A stretch of DNA of 64,000 nt from Candidatus Multivoradales bacterium. GTDB taxonomy: Bacteria > Acidobacteriota > Thermoanaerobaculia > Multivoradales > J023. Positions within the stretch are counted from its first letter, which is position 1; each line of letters opens with the position of its first letter. Shown here one piece after another: positions 17,189-26,458 of the stretch. The notes beneath the pieces are model-generated. The model was not told the DNA's origin. It saw only the letters and a program-made list of their open reading frames with translations, and searched no databases. The translations under genes were made by a program, and so were the position numbers. The stretch is taken from NCBI GenBank assembly GCA_965248925.1, contig CBDFLE010000006.1, forward strand, positions 1,344,001 through 1,408,000, in the 5' to 3' direction.

Positions 17189-17258
17189 TGGTGTTTGCTC
17201 TCCACGCCCTCACTAATTTATCGGTACGGGAGTGTCTCACTTACATTGGCACAGAGGG

Positions 17259-18220
17259 CCGGCGCGGGATGCCGACTGATCGTCCCTCTTGGCCTCACTC
17301 TTGGCCAGAGCCTTGTAGGCCGAGTATCCGTCGCACACCACGATGCCCTGATAACCAGAGAGGATCGACCTGGCAGATTTTTCCGAGCGAGTTCCGCACA
17401 ATCGATAGAACACCGCCTGCCGATTGGCCACGCTCCACACCCACCACTTGGAATTTTCTTGACGAGTCACCAGCCGCCAGTGAGTCTCGTCGGCGTGGAC
17501 CACCGGAGCCATGAGCACCTTGTCATGCAGAGCCAGGTAGCTCGGCGTCAGCACCCTGGCCAAAGCTTCGATCTGGTCCCACAGAGTCTGCGAGCTGACG
17601 TTCAGCCCTTCCCGCGCCATGCTTCGGCTCTGGCGCTCAAGAGGTGCATGGTCAAGGTATTTGCTGATTGCCACCTCGACCGCGAACTCTGGTGCATAGC
17701 GCCCTCCAGGGATCAGCTTTGGCAGCGCTGGCGCCGTGACCACTGCCGCGTTGCAGCGACAGCGATACTTCTGACGCTGGTGCTTGACCATGATGAAGTG
17801 TCGCCGGACTACGGAGATCTCGTCGGAATCTTCCGTCTGATCACCCATCGGCTGAAGGGAGCCGTCGCAGGTCGGGCAAACCTGCTCTGCAATGGGTAGC
17901 TCGAGGAGTTTCTCGACCACTGGCAGCAAGGGCTGCGGAGTCGGCCCGTGGCCGGTCTGCGGCTTACGCTCCGACGCTGGGGTCCGCGTCCTGGGGCGTT
18001 TCTCCGAGGACGGGCCGAAGATCTTTCGCTCGCGTTGAGCGAGAATCTCCTGCAGTTGCTCAAGCTCAAGTTGCAGGGTAGCAGCGCCGGCCCCTGCAAG
18101 ATGTGCGTTGCTAACTATCAGATTCTTGATGCGCTCGTGCAGGTGTCGATTCTCGCGATCGAGCAGCAGCGCAATTTGACGCAGAACGTCGGGGCGCTGT
18201 TCGTTCTCGATCCGAAGCAT
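17259..18220 (-). pseudogene. tnpC: IS66 transposase TnpC, N-terminal fragment
   Basis: FGPSSEK, CPTC zinc finger, HADETHW and VCDGYSAY motifs; cut by the IS3-like element. Confidence 0.9.
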
Positions 18221-18241
18221 GCGTCTATTATAGATCAGAAA

Positions 18242-18616
18242 TCAGGCTGCGTCAGCAACCTTTTTCCTCACAAATAGGGGCGGCGAGAGCCTCATCTTTC
18301 CGATCAGCTTGCTGCCCTCCAAGAACAAGGCCAGCTCACTCATAGTCAGCCGCAGCCGGTCCTCTTCCCGTTCGCGCCACAGACAGGCAAACCGCCCCTG
18401 CTCGAGCCGCTTGCTGTAGACACAGAGCCCGGTACCGTCCCAGACCAGAACCTTCGCGAGGGTTTGCGCCCGATTGACGAATAGGAACAGATCGCCTGAG
18501 AGAGGGTCTTGGTCAAGCTCGCCGGTCACCAGACCCGAGAGACCGTCGAACCCCTTGCGGAGGTCGGCAGGCGCACCGAAGGCGTAGACGCTGACCCGGC
18601 GGGTCGAGCCGATCAT
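18242..18616 (-). CDS. tnpB: IS66 accessory protein TnpB (Orf2)
   Basis: DLRKGFDGL, LFLFVNR, KVLVWDGTGLCVYSKRLEQGRF. Confidence 0.92.
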   Translation of the reverse strand: MIGSTRRVSVYAFGAPADLRKGFDGLSGLVTGELDQDPLSGDLFLFVNRAQTLAKVLVWDGTGLCVYSKRLEQGRFACLWREREEDRLRLTMSELALFLEGSKLIGKMRLSPPLFVRKKVADAA

Positions 18617-18987
18617 CCGAGCGCTTCCAGCAGCAATGCCACGTCGGCCAGAGCCAGGCCCTCCACGCGGTGGCCAGCGACAGTCACCAGGACCAAGCCC
18701 TCTCGATGGCTTCGATTCATGATTGCTACTTCGTCGGCCTCTACGACTTCGACCGCCCGCAGCTGAATCGGCCTCGGCGGCGCTGCCTCGATCCAGCGGC
18801 GGAGCGTGTCGACGCCGACTCCCAAAGCAGCGGCCACCCGGCCCAACCGATCGCCGTTGGACTGCGCTTCCAAAGCCAGATCCACGGCTTCTGCCCGAAG
18901 GGAAGCCGGATACCGACATCCGCGGCCTGGGCGGCAGCCAAAGTAGACCTCGACCTGATGACGAAAGCTCGCAATTCGTTGTTCCAT
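18613..18987 (-). CDS. tnpA: IS66 accessory protein TnpA (HTH)
   Basis: RYPASLRAEAV...VAAALGVGVDTLRRW; coupled to tnpB. Confidence 0.8.
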   Translation of the reverse strand: MEQRIASFRHQVEVYFGCRPGRGCRYPASLRAEAVDLALEAQSNGDRLGRVAAALGVGVDTLRRWIEAAPPRPIQLRAVEVVEADEVAIMNRSHREGLVLVTVAGHRVEGLALADVALLLEALG

Positions 18988-19087
18988 AACGGTTCCTCCT
19001 TTTGAGGAATCACCATGCAACAGATCCGGCCGCTTGGCCAGACGGGGCGCGGCGATGTCTTACGGCGATAGCGCTGATTAGCCACAG

Positions 19088-19116
19088 TTGACATCGCCAT
19101 CACCGACAGGTACTAT
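19088..19116 (+). promoter_or_regulatory. Sigma70-type promoter
   Basis: TTGACA-N17-TACTAT upstream of the 19229 gene. Confidence 0.65.
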
Positions 19117-19177
19117 GCCGAAAAGCATACGATCCAAAGACTCCTGTTAGGATATTTGAGATACTTAGGATCAGCAA

Positions 19178-19225
19178 TATTCTGGGAGATGGAGGGATGA
19201 TTATTCGGGGAGATGGAGGGATGAT
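19178..19225 (+). repeat. 24-bp tandem duplication containing the SD sequence
   Basis: TATTCTGGGAGATGGAGGGATGAT / TATTCGGGGAGATGGAGGGATGAT. Confidence 0.8.
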
Positions 19226-19228
19226 GAT

Positions 19229-19666
19229 TTGAGTAGAGCTAGTCAGTATAAGGTAGTTCTCGCGATTTCTTCTTGTGGTTTCGCGTCGCTTGGCTGCGCT
19301 ACTATGCCCCTCTCCGATTCACCGATTCCGCAAGACATTACCCAGCAGTCGCCCACTACAGCAGCCAAGCTGGAGAATGGGGAATCTAGCGGCGGCATCA
19401 ACCTTGATCGGCGGATCACGATCCAGTCTCTGCCAGGTAAAGAAGGCATGGAGGCATCGGACATTCTGCAGGTGATCGCCCAAACCATCTTTAGTGGGCA
19501 GCTGATCATCAGTCCTGATTTCGCAGGCAAATTCTTAGCCACAATCGATGACCGACCAGTTCGTGAAGCTCTCGACGCGATTTGCCAGCAAGCGAATTGC
19601 TCGTGGGAAGTAACACAGTCCGGGGCGCTGAAGATAATAGACTCAGAATCCATTGCCCAGCCATAA
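19229..19666 (+). CDS. Putative lipoprotein with STN (secretin/TonB N-terminal)-like domain
   Basis: Lipobox-like SLGC; DILQVIA..LIISPDFAGKFLATIDDRPVREALDAICQQANCSWEV. Confidence 0.6.
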   Translation: MSRASQYKVVLAISSCGFASLGCATMPLSDSPIPQDITQQSPTTAAKLENGESSGGINLDRRITIQSLPGKEGMEASDILQVIAQTIFSGQLIISPDFAGKFLATIDDRPVREALDAICQQANCSWEVTQSGALKIIDSESIAQP

Positions 19667-19684
19667 CGCACTCGGGAGAATCCA

Positions 19685-19873
19685 ATGAAATTTCACAGAT
19701 CCACAATCATCTTGACCGCAATTGTTTGCCTCCTAATCGTAGCGCTACCCACAGTCTCTTTCGCCGCTTCCTCTCGTTGCAATTGCTGGGAAGGAAGCTA
19801 TATCTGCACATTCCATGACGACAATGGAGTCTATACAGGGTATTTGTATGTAGAAAATGCCAGTATTTGCTGA
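19685..19873 (+). CDS. Small secreted Cys-containing peptide
   Basis: GGAGA SD; Sec signal MKFHRSTIILTAIVCLLIVALPTVSFA; ~35-aa mature part with 4 Cys. Confidence 0.7.
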   Translation: MKFHRSTIILTAIVCLLIVALPTVSFAASSRCNCWEGSYICTFHDDNGVYTGYLYVENASIC

Positions 19874-20021
19874 CGGCTTCCGATTCGAAGACGCGGCAGG
19901 AATAATTCGACCCCTGGGCTCACCGGTAGAACTCTCCGTGTCGCGCGCTCAGCGGGACACCGAGAGCTGCGCCAGCTAGATGCGGGCAGATACTTGCCTG
20001 CTCCTCTGATCACAAGAATAG

Positions 20022-21380
20022 ATGCTTGGAAGGATCCACGATTTGCACACCTTACGGCGGCAGCTCCAACTACTCCCGCGGCATCTCCCTCGACCGTCTC
20101 CCAACATACTGGCCCGGCGCCGCTTGCACAGCAGGTTCGTCAAAGCAGCTACAGCGGTAGCGTTGCTTGCCTGCTCGCTTCGATCGGGCGCTGAAGTAGC
20201 GGAGTCGCCGACGGCCGATGAAGATGAGCCAAAGAAAGCACCCACCGTCACCCTGCAACTGGCGCCCGGAGCGTTGGGCGAATTGCGATCGGAAGGGCGA
20301 CTCTTGCTCGCTACCGAGGCTGGCGGGCAGGAGATCTACGTACTCAACACGCAAGACGAGGCAATCTGGACCTTTTTGGAGGACGGCGACTCCTGGGGGG
20401 ACCACGTTGGACTTCAGAGTGACGGAGTTTCATCACTGCCGATGTTTGGCAGCTTTGCGGTCGCCAACAGGAGTTTCGCGTTCGTCGGCCCAAAGGGCCT
20501 CTATCTTTTCAACAGGAAAGGATATCTACAGCAGAAGAAAGAGACCTTTGAGGCGAGAGATATTGTCAGCGATTTCGGGTCGCACTGGGCGGTTTCGTTG
20601 CTCAATCTTCCCCACCCCAAGATCCCTGGCCGCTTCTTCTTCCGTACCACCAAAAAAGGCGATCTGCCCGCGCAACTACTGATGGTGGATCGTCAGCTGG
20701 AGACCGCAGAAGAAGGATTGCCATCTAGTGATCAGAAGCACAGTGGCGGTGCTGCCGCCGGCCGATCCCTGCGGTTGGCTTGGGGCGATGGCAAACTCTA
20801 CGCTGCCGAGTTGGCCAACTACCAGATCTACGAACTCGACAGCAGCCTAGAAGAGGTGAACAGCTTTCGCGACCCGGAGCTGTTTCTAGAAGAAGGCCGC
20901 GAGTCAGGCGAGCAGGTCGAGGGCCAACCCGATGCCGAAGGGGAGAACGAAGCGGACGAGGAAAGTGCACCGCCCGACCTCAATCTGGGTAAGAACGCGT
21001 TGAAGAGCAGTGACGCTTCAAAGCGCAGGAAAGGAAGTTTCGTCAAGTTCAATCTTGTCCCTGTCATCCTGGACATCGCTTGGGATGATAGCGCCGGCCT
21101 CTTGGTGATCCTGCTCGACAGCGGAGCGGTGGGCGAGCACGCCGCGATCGATTGGCTGGACCCCAACACCGGTGAAGTAACAAGGATCTCAATTGCCCTG
21201 CCGAAGGCAGCGAAGGGTTCCGCCAAGCTGACCCAACTGGTGGTCAGCGAGCACTATCTCTGGCTGCGCGGATACCCTGGTACTTCGCCGACCTTCCGCC
21301 TGGAGAAAAACGTCAGGGAGCTGGGGATGAAGTTGCTGATTCCTGAATCCAGCCTAGAATCTCAAGAGCTGGAGAAGTGA
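20022..21380 (+). CDS. Exported beta-propeller-like protein (start uncertain)
   Basis: Hydrophobic segment AATAVALLAC followed by beta-rich blade-like segments (KLYAAELANYQIYELD, ILDIAWDD, LVVSEHYLW). Confidence 0.55.
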   Translation: MLGRIHDLHTLRRQLQLLPRHLPRPSPNILARRRLHSRFVKAATAVALLACSLRSGAEVAESPTADEDEPKKAPTVTLQLAPGALGELRSEGRLLLATEAGGQEIYVLNTQDEAIWTFLEDGDSWGDHVGLQSDGVSSLPMFGSFAVANRSFAFVGPKGLYLFNRKGYLQQKKETFEARDIVSDFGSHWAVSLLNLPHPKIPGRFFFRTTKKGDLPAQLLMVDRQLETAEEGLPSSDQKHSGGAAAGRSLRLAWGDGKLYAAELANYQIYELDSSLEEVNSFRDPELFLEEGRESGEQVEGQPDAEGENEADEESAPPDLNLGKNALKSSDASKRRKGSFVKFNLVPVILDIAWDDSAGLLVILLDSGAVGEHAAIDWLDPNTGEVTRISIALPKAAKGSAKLTQLVVSEHYLWLRGYPGTSPTFRLEKNVRELGMKLLIPESSLESQELEK

Positions 21381-21570
21381 CTGGCACACCAGTCGGTGGC
21401 ACCGGCTAGTCCTGGTTAGGTGAAGTGCCTGGCACCGTAACCACGGCCACCCTGCTCTCTGTTGAACACCTCGCTAGATCGTGACGACCGCAGAAAACGA
21501 GCCGTGGGCGATTGCCCTGCAACTCTGAACAGAGGTTGACAATCCGTAGAGAATCCGCTCTAAAGGTGCC

Positions 21571-24500
21571 ATGCAAAGTGGCTTCTCGGAAGGGCGCGGG
21601 CAACGATTAGCTGCCTGGCTCTGCTGGCTGATGTTTGCCGGCACCTCGGCGCTGTTCGCCGTTGGCGGCGGAGTCGCCCCAACCTCGGGCTGGGTCCATC
21701 AACAGTGGACGGTGGAAGACGGGCTGCCGGTCAACACCCTGAGCACAATCCTCGAAGCCCGGGATGGCTATTTGTGGATCAGTACCTACGACGGGTTGGT
21801 GCGCTTCGACGGCGCCCGCTTCACCGTCCTGCGGACTGACAACCTACCGGCGCTGGGCAGCAACCGGGTGATCGCGCTCGCAGAAACCCTCGACGGCCTG
21901 TGGATTCGCACCGAGCCGGGAAGCCTGACTCGGTTGCGCGATGGAGTCTTCGAGCGCCTCGATGTTTCGTTGGGTGACCATCCCAGCCCTACCGCCTTCG
22001 TTCGCGGCACCGCTGGCGAGTTGTGGATCGCCGGCCCGCGCAGCCTCTATCTTGCTGGTCCGGCCGGCCTGGAGGAACTCGGCTTCAGGCTTCCCGAGGG
22101 GGAATCTCTGCTGCGCTTCGCCGTGGATCGAGACAGCACCCTATGGCTCGGAACTTCCAGCGGTATCGCCACCTTCAAAGACCACCAGCTACGCCGCGTC
22201 CGCAACACCCCGGACGTCGAAGTGATTCTGGCCGATGGCGACCGGATGTTGTTCTTTCGCAAAGACATCGCACCGCTCGAGTATCGAGTGGGGCGTTGGC
22301 GTAGCCTCACCGAGGAGGTCTCGCCGGGGGTGCTGCTACGCGGCGCGGCCTTCATCACGCCACGGTCCTGGGGGGGCTCTTTGGTGCTCAACGGCGGGCA
22401 CTTACTCGCTTTCGAAAACGGTCGGGTCGAGGTCTTGGCGAACCACTCAGGCTCCACCCTACTTGGATCGGGGGCCGCGATCGGGCCGGACGGAAGCCAT
22501 TGGTGGACGATCGGCGAGCGGGTGATCCGAGACGGCGAGACGGTTTTTACGCTGGCCTCTGGCGCGGCCATCACCGATCTGGCCTTTGACCGTGAAGGCA
22601 CCCTCTGGATGACTACCCAGAACGCCGGCTTGCACGCCCTGAGACCGGCGTTGATCGGCGTCCTCGGGCAGCTCGAGGGATTGCCGAACGAAAATGTCAT
22701 TGCGGTCTACGAGGACCGCCACGAGAGCCTGTGGATCGGCACCCACGGCGGCGGCTTGTGGCGGCTCAGGGGAGGCGAGCTGGTGGCCTTCAGCAAACGC
22801 CAGGGGGAGAAGCAAAGCTCGTATGCGCGAGCCTTGGTCGAGGATGCGGAGGGCAACCTGTGGGTCGGGCTGTTGGGCGGGCTTTACCGGGTCGAGGATG
22901 GTGAGCTGGTGCTGGCGACGCAGGCCGGCACGCCGGTCTTCACCGGTCGCGTCAATGCCCTTCTGGCCGATCGGACCGGCCGGCTGTGGATGGGTACGAC
23001 CGCTGGCCTCTATCGGCGCAACGCCGCAGTGGATACCGCAGTGGATACCGCAGTGGATACCGCAGTGGATACTGCAGCGGGCGACGCTTGGCAGCGGATC
23101 GATCCTGCTCTGCTACCCCACCTCAACATCCGCACCCTGGCCGAGACCAACGACGGCGCCCTGTGGGTCGGCACCGCCGGCGGGTTGGCCCGGCTGAAGG
23201 ACGGAGCTAGCAATATCATCGATCGCCAGGCTGGACTCCCCAGCAACCTGGTCCGCGCGTTCTACATCGATGATCGCGGCATCCTCTGGATAGGCACCGA
23301 GGACCGGGGGCTGGCGCGCCTCGACCCCACCTCCTTCGCTCGGCCGGGCGGTCCAGACATCGCTAGTTTTGGTACCCCACAGGGCCTATTCTCGAACGGT
23401 ATCCACCACATCCTGGAAGACGACATCGACAATCTGTGGATGAGTTCTAACCAGGGAATCTTTCGCGTCCAGCGAGCTGAACTCGATGCCTTCGCCCGCG
23501 ACGAGATCAGCCACCTCGAGTCGGTCGGCTACACGGAACGCGAAGGCATGCGCAACCGCGAAGCCAACGGTGGCAGCCGCAACGCTGGCTGGCGCGCTAG
23601 CGATGGACGACTGTGGTTTGCCACTCAGGCCGGCCTGGTGGTGATCGACCCACCCACCCTGGTGGGTGAGACCCGCGCGGCACCGCCAGCTCGCATCGAG
23701 GGCTTGCGCCTGGGGGTGCGAGAGCGCCACTGGCCGTCGTCAGGCCTGCGCCTGGCAGCTGGCGAACGGACCTTCTCGATCGACTTCACCGCCATCACCT
23801 TCAGCTCGGCGGAGCAGATGCGCTTTCGCTATCGCCTGCAGGGCTACGATGCGGAGTGGATTGACGCGGGTCGGCGGCGCGAAGCCTTCTTTACCCGCGT
23901 ACCAGCAGGAAGCTACACATTCCAAGTCGAAAGCCGGGTCGTCGGCCAGGATTGGGGCGGCGCGGTGGCATCTCGGCCGTTGGCGATCGAACCTCTTATC
24001 TACGAGACCTGGTGGTTCAAAGCGCTGGCAACGGCCGGTGTATTGATCGCTTTTCTCGGCGCCCTGCGCTTTCAGGCTCGCCGCCAGCTCACTCACCGGC
24101 GGCGGCTAGAAAACCTGGTGGCGGAGCGCACCGCGGTGATCGCCCGGCAGACCGACAAGCTGCGCGAGTTCGATCGGCTCAAGTCCGACCTATTTACCAA
24201 TGTCTCGCACGAGTTTCGCACCCCTCTGACCCTGGTCATCGGCCCCCTACAAGATCTGCTCGACGGTGCTCGCGGCCCATTACACAGTGGAGTCGAAGAG
24301 GATGTGGCGCTGGCCTTGCGCAATTCGCAGCGCGTCCTCGGTCTGATCAACCAGATCCTCGAGGTGGCCCGGCTCGAAGCCGGCCAGGTTCGGCTGCGGG
24401 TTGAGGCACTGGATCTGGGGCCTTGGCTGCGGCACCGTCTGGACGCTTTTCTCTTGTTGGCCAAACGGAACGGGGTCCAGGCGATCTTCGATCAGTCCGA

Positions 24501-25821
24501 GGCCGAATGCAGCGCCTTCGTCGATCCAAAGCAGCTGAAGAAGGTGCTGGACAACTTGCTGGCCAACGCCTTCAACCTGACCCCCAGCGGCGGCACCGTG
24601 CGGCTGACCCTGGCGACCGAAGCAGCGGATTGGCTGCGGATCGAAGTCCGCGATACCGGCCCCGGAATTCCGCCGGCCGCCTTGGCGAAGATTTTCGACC
24701 GCTTCCACCAAGTCGACGCCGGTCAGGCCAATGGTAAGACTCTTATCGGCCACCGCCGCTGGCCCGGCACCGGCATCGGCCTGGCCTTGGCCAAAGAAGT
24801 CGTCGACCTGCACCACGGCACCCTCCGGGCCGCAAGCGTCGAGGGTCAGGGGGCCACCTTCATTCTGCGTCTACGCCGCGGCCGGGACCACTTAGTCGAC
24901 GCTGAACTAGTCGACCCGAACGGCGAGATCGACCCCTCCGACTCTGTCGACGCCGTGGCGGAGCAAGCACTGCCCAAGACTCCCGTGGCCAGCCCGGCAC
25001 CCGCGGTGGAGGAGATTGAAGAACCAGGACGAGAAGAGGATCTGCCGACCGTGCTGGTGGTCGACGATCAGCTCGAAGTCCGGCGCTACGTAAAGCGCCA
25101 GCTGAAGGCCGATTTTCGGGTGCTCGAGGCGGAAGACGGTGCCACGGCCTTGCTCTTGGCCCGCGACCGAGTTCCTGACCTGATCGTCTCCGATGTGATG
25201 ATGCCGAATTTGGATGGCTATGGGCTGGCGCGGGCTCTCAAGGCCGATCCTGAACTCGACTTCATACCGCTGATCCTGCTCACCGCCAAGGCATCGGCCA
25301 GCAGCCGAATCGCGGGGCTAGAAGAGGGAGTCGACGATTATCTGACCAAGCCCTTCGCAGGCCGCGAGCTGCGCGCCCGAGTGCGCAACTTGATCGACGG
25401 TCGGCGGCGACTACTCCAACGTTTTGAGGTCGAAGAAGGGCTGGTGATGCGCTTGCCGGCGATCGATCTAATACCGGCCGACCAGGCGTTCCTCAAGCGG
25501 GTTCATCTGCTGATTGCCGAACGTCTGGAAGACACAGATTTCGGTGTCGAAGCGCTGGCCAGCACCCTCGGCTGTGACCGCACCTACCTCTTCCGCAAGC
25601 TCCGCGAGCTGATCGGTGAGACGCCGTCGGCATTGATTCGCGAGCTCCGCCTGGCCCGTGCCGAGCAGCTGCTAAGCGCCGCGGTCGGCTCGGTGGCCGA
25701 AGTCGCCTACGCCGTCGGCTTCAAGAGCGTGTCGCACTTCTCCCAATGCTTCCGCCAGCGCTACTCTGCGACCCCCTCCTCCTACGCTTCCCAGCGCGTG
25801 GCTCCCCGCACGACTAGATAG
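21571..25821 (+). CDS. Hybrid sensor kinase/regulator: Reg_prop beta-propellers, Y_Y_Y, HisKA, HATPase, REC, AraC HTH
   Basis: Repeated LWIGT blades, FRYRLQGYD, NVSHEFRTPL, GTGIGL, SDVMMP, VAYAVGFKSVSHFSQCF. Confidence 0.93.
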   Translation: MQSGFSEGRGQRLAAWLCWLMFAGTSALFAVGGGVAPTSGWVHQQWTVEDGLPVNTLSTILEARDGYLWISTYDGLVRFDGARFTVLRTDNLPALGSNRVIALAETLDGLWIRTEPGSLTRLRDGVFERLDVSLGDHPSPTAFVRGTAGELWIAGPRSLYLAGPAGLEELGFRLPEGESLLRFAVDRDSTLWLGTSSGIATFKDHQLRRVRNTPDVEVILADGDRMLFFRKDIAPLEYRVGRWRSLTEEVSPGVLLRGAAFITPRSWGGSLVLNGGHLLAFENGRVEVLANHSGSTLLGSGAAIGPDGSHWWTIGERVIRDGETVFTLASGAAITDLAFDREGTLWMTTQNAGLHALRPALIGVLGQLEGLPNENVIAVYEDRHESLWIGTHGGGLWRLRGGELVAFSKRQGEKQSSYARALVEDAEGNLWVGLLGGLYRVEDGELVLATQAGTPVFTGRVNALLADRTGRLWMGTTAGLYRRNAAVDTAVDTAVDTAVDTAAGDAWQRIDPALLPHLNIRTLAETNDGALWVGTAGGLARLKDGASNIIDRQAGLPSNLVRAFYIDDRGILWIGTEDRGLARLDPTSFARPGGPDIASFGTPQGLFSNGIHHILEDDIDNLWMSSNQGIFRVQRAELDAFARDEISHLESVGYTEREGMRNREANGGSRNAGWRASDGRLWFATQAGLVVIDPPTLVGETRAAPPARIEGLRLGVRERHWPSSGLRLAAGERTFSIDFTAITFSSAEQMRFRYRLQGYDAEWIDAGRRREAFFTRVPAGSYTFQVESRVVGQDWGGAVASRPLAIEPLIYETWWFKALATAGVLIAFLGALRFQARRQLTHRRRLENLVAERTAVIARQTDKLREFDRLKSDLFTNVSHEFRTPLTLVIGPLQDLLDGARGPLHSGVEEDVALALRNSQRVLGLINQILEVARLEAGQVRLRVEALDLGPWLRHRLDAFLLLAKRNGVQAIFDQSEAECSAFVDPKQLKKVLDNLLANAFNLTPSGGTVRLTLATEAADWLRIEVRDTGPGIPPAALAKIFDRFHQVDAGQANGKTLIGHRRWPGTGIGLALAKEVVDLHHGTLRAASVEGQGATFILRLRRGRDHLVDAELVDPNGEIDPSDSVDAVAEQALPKTPVASPAPAVEEIEEPGREEDLPTVLVVDDQLEVRRYVKRQLKADFRVLEAEDGATALLLARDRVPDLIVSDVMMPNLDGYGLARALKADPELDFIPLILLTAKASASSRIAGLEEGVDDYLTKPFAGRELRARVRNLIDGRRRLLQRFEVEEGLVMRLPAIDLIPADQAFLKRVHLLIAERLEDTDFGVEALASTLGCDRTYLFRKLRELIGETPSALIRELRLARAEQLLSAAVGSVAEVAYAVGFKSVSHFSQCFRQRYSATPSSYASQRVAPRTTR
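23026..23073 (+). repeat. In-frame 12-bp tandem repeat x4 (AVDT)
   Basis: GCAGTGGATACC x3 + GCAGTGGATACT. Confidence 0.9.
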
Positions 25822-25881
25822 CTTCGGCCACCTTGTCGCCCTGGTTGCCATCATCGTCACCTCGGTTGCCAGCAACCTGGT

Positions 25882-25907
25882 CGACAAACATCGCAACCTG
25901 AGCAACA
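25882..25907 (+). promoter_or_regulatory. Candidate AraC-domain operator, copy 1
   Basis: CGACAAACATCGCAACCTGAGCAACA; 21/26 identical to 41257-41282; flanked by 21-bp-period repeats. Confidence 0.55.
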
Positions 25908-26005
25908 GACCCACCGCGCGCACTTCTTTACCCTCGACTCGACCACGGTAGCGACCCTGGCTTGATTGACGAGCTGGGATCATCTCGGCCGGCTTGAGAG
26001 CAAGG

Positions 26006-26458
26006 ATGCGCAGCACCAACCCACTCACCGCACCCAGCCGGCCAGCGGCGACAAGACCGCGGCCGGTGGTGTTGGTGGTCGACGACGACCGCGAGATGCG
26101 CGACTACTTGCGCCGCTGCCTGAAGCCGCTCGAGGATCGTCTGGGGACCATCCTTGAAGCAGCGGACGGTCAGGCCGCCTTCGAACTTGCCATCAGCGAG
26201 CAAGTCGACCTGGTGATCACCGACGTGGTGATGCCGCGGCTCGATGGCCTGGCCTTGCTGCGACGCCTTGGCGCCCGACGCTCGCCACCGAAGGTGCTGG
26301 TGGTGTCCGGCGAACCCGGACCTGAGCAGGCCCGCGCCGCTGGGGTCGAGAGCTGGCTGGCGAGGCCCTTTGACCGCCGCACTCTGTGTCGGCAGGTCAG
26401 CATTTTTCTTGATTCTCGGGAGGACGGTAGGAAACGCGAAGAGCAACAAGGGGAATGA
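26006..26458 (+). CDS. Single-domain response regulator (REC)
   Basis: VLVVDDD, ITDVVMP and VVSG motifs; conserved KP reads RP; stop overlaps the giant gene start. Confidence 0.85.
   Translation: MRSTNPLTAPSRPAATRPRPVVLVVDDDREMRDYLRRCLKPLEDRLGTILEAADGQAAFELAISEQVDLVITDVVMPRLDGLALLRRLGARRSPPKVLVVSGEPGPEQARAAGVESWLARPFDRRTLCRQVSIFLDSREDGRKREEQQGE

Larger units (their letters stand above)
13084..17258 (-). mobile_element. IS3-like element inserted in IS66 tnpC
   Basis: Subterminal IRs TGTGTCAATGAGAATGAGACA / TGTGCCAATGTAAGTGAGACA (17/21); CCG duplication at 13081-13083 and 17259-17261; excision restores tnpC frame (SRAGPGF). Confidence 0.85.
12438..19063 (-). mobile_element. IS66-family element, tnpC interrupted
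   Basis: Inverted repeats GTAAGACCTCGCCCCGCCCC / GTAAGACATCGCCGCGCCCC (18/20); tnpA-tnpB-tnpC order. Confidence 0.9.
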
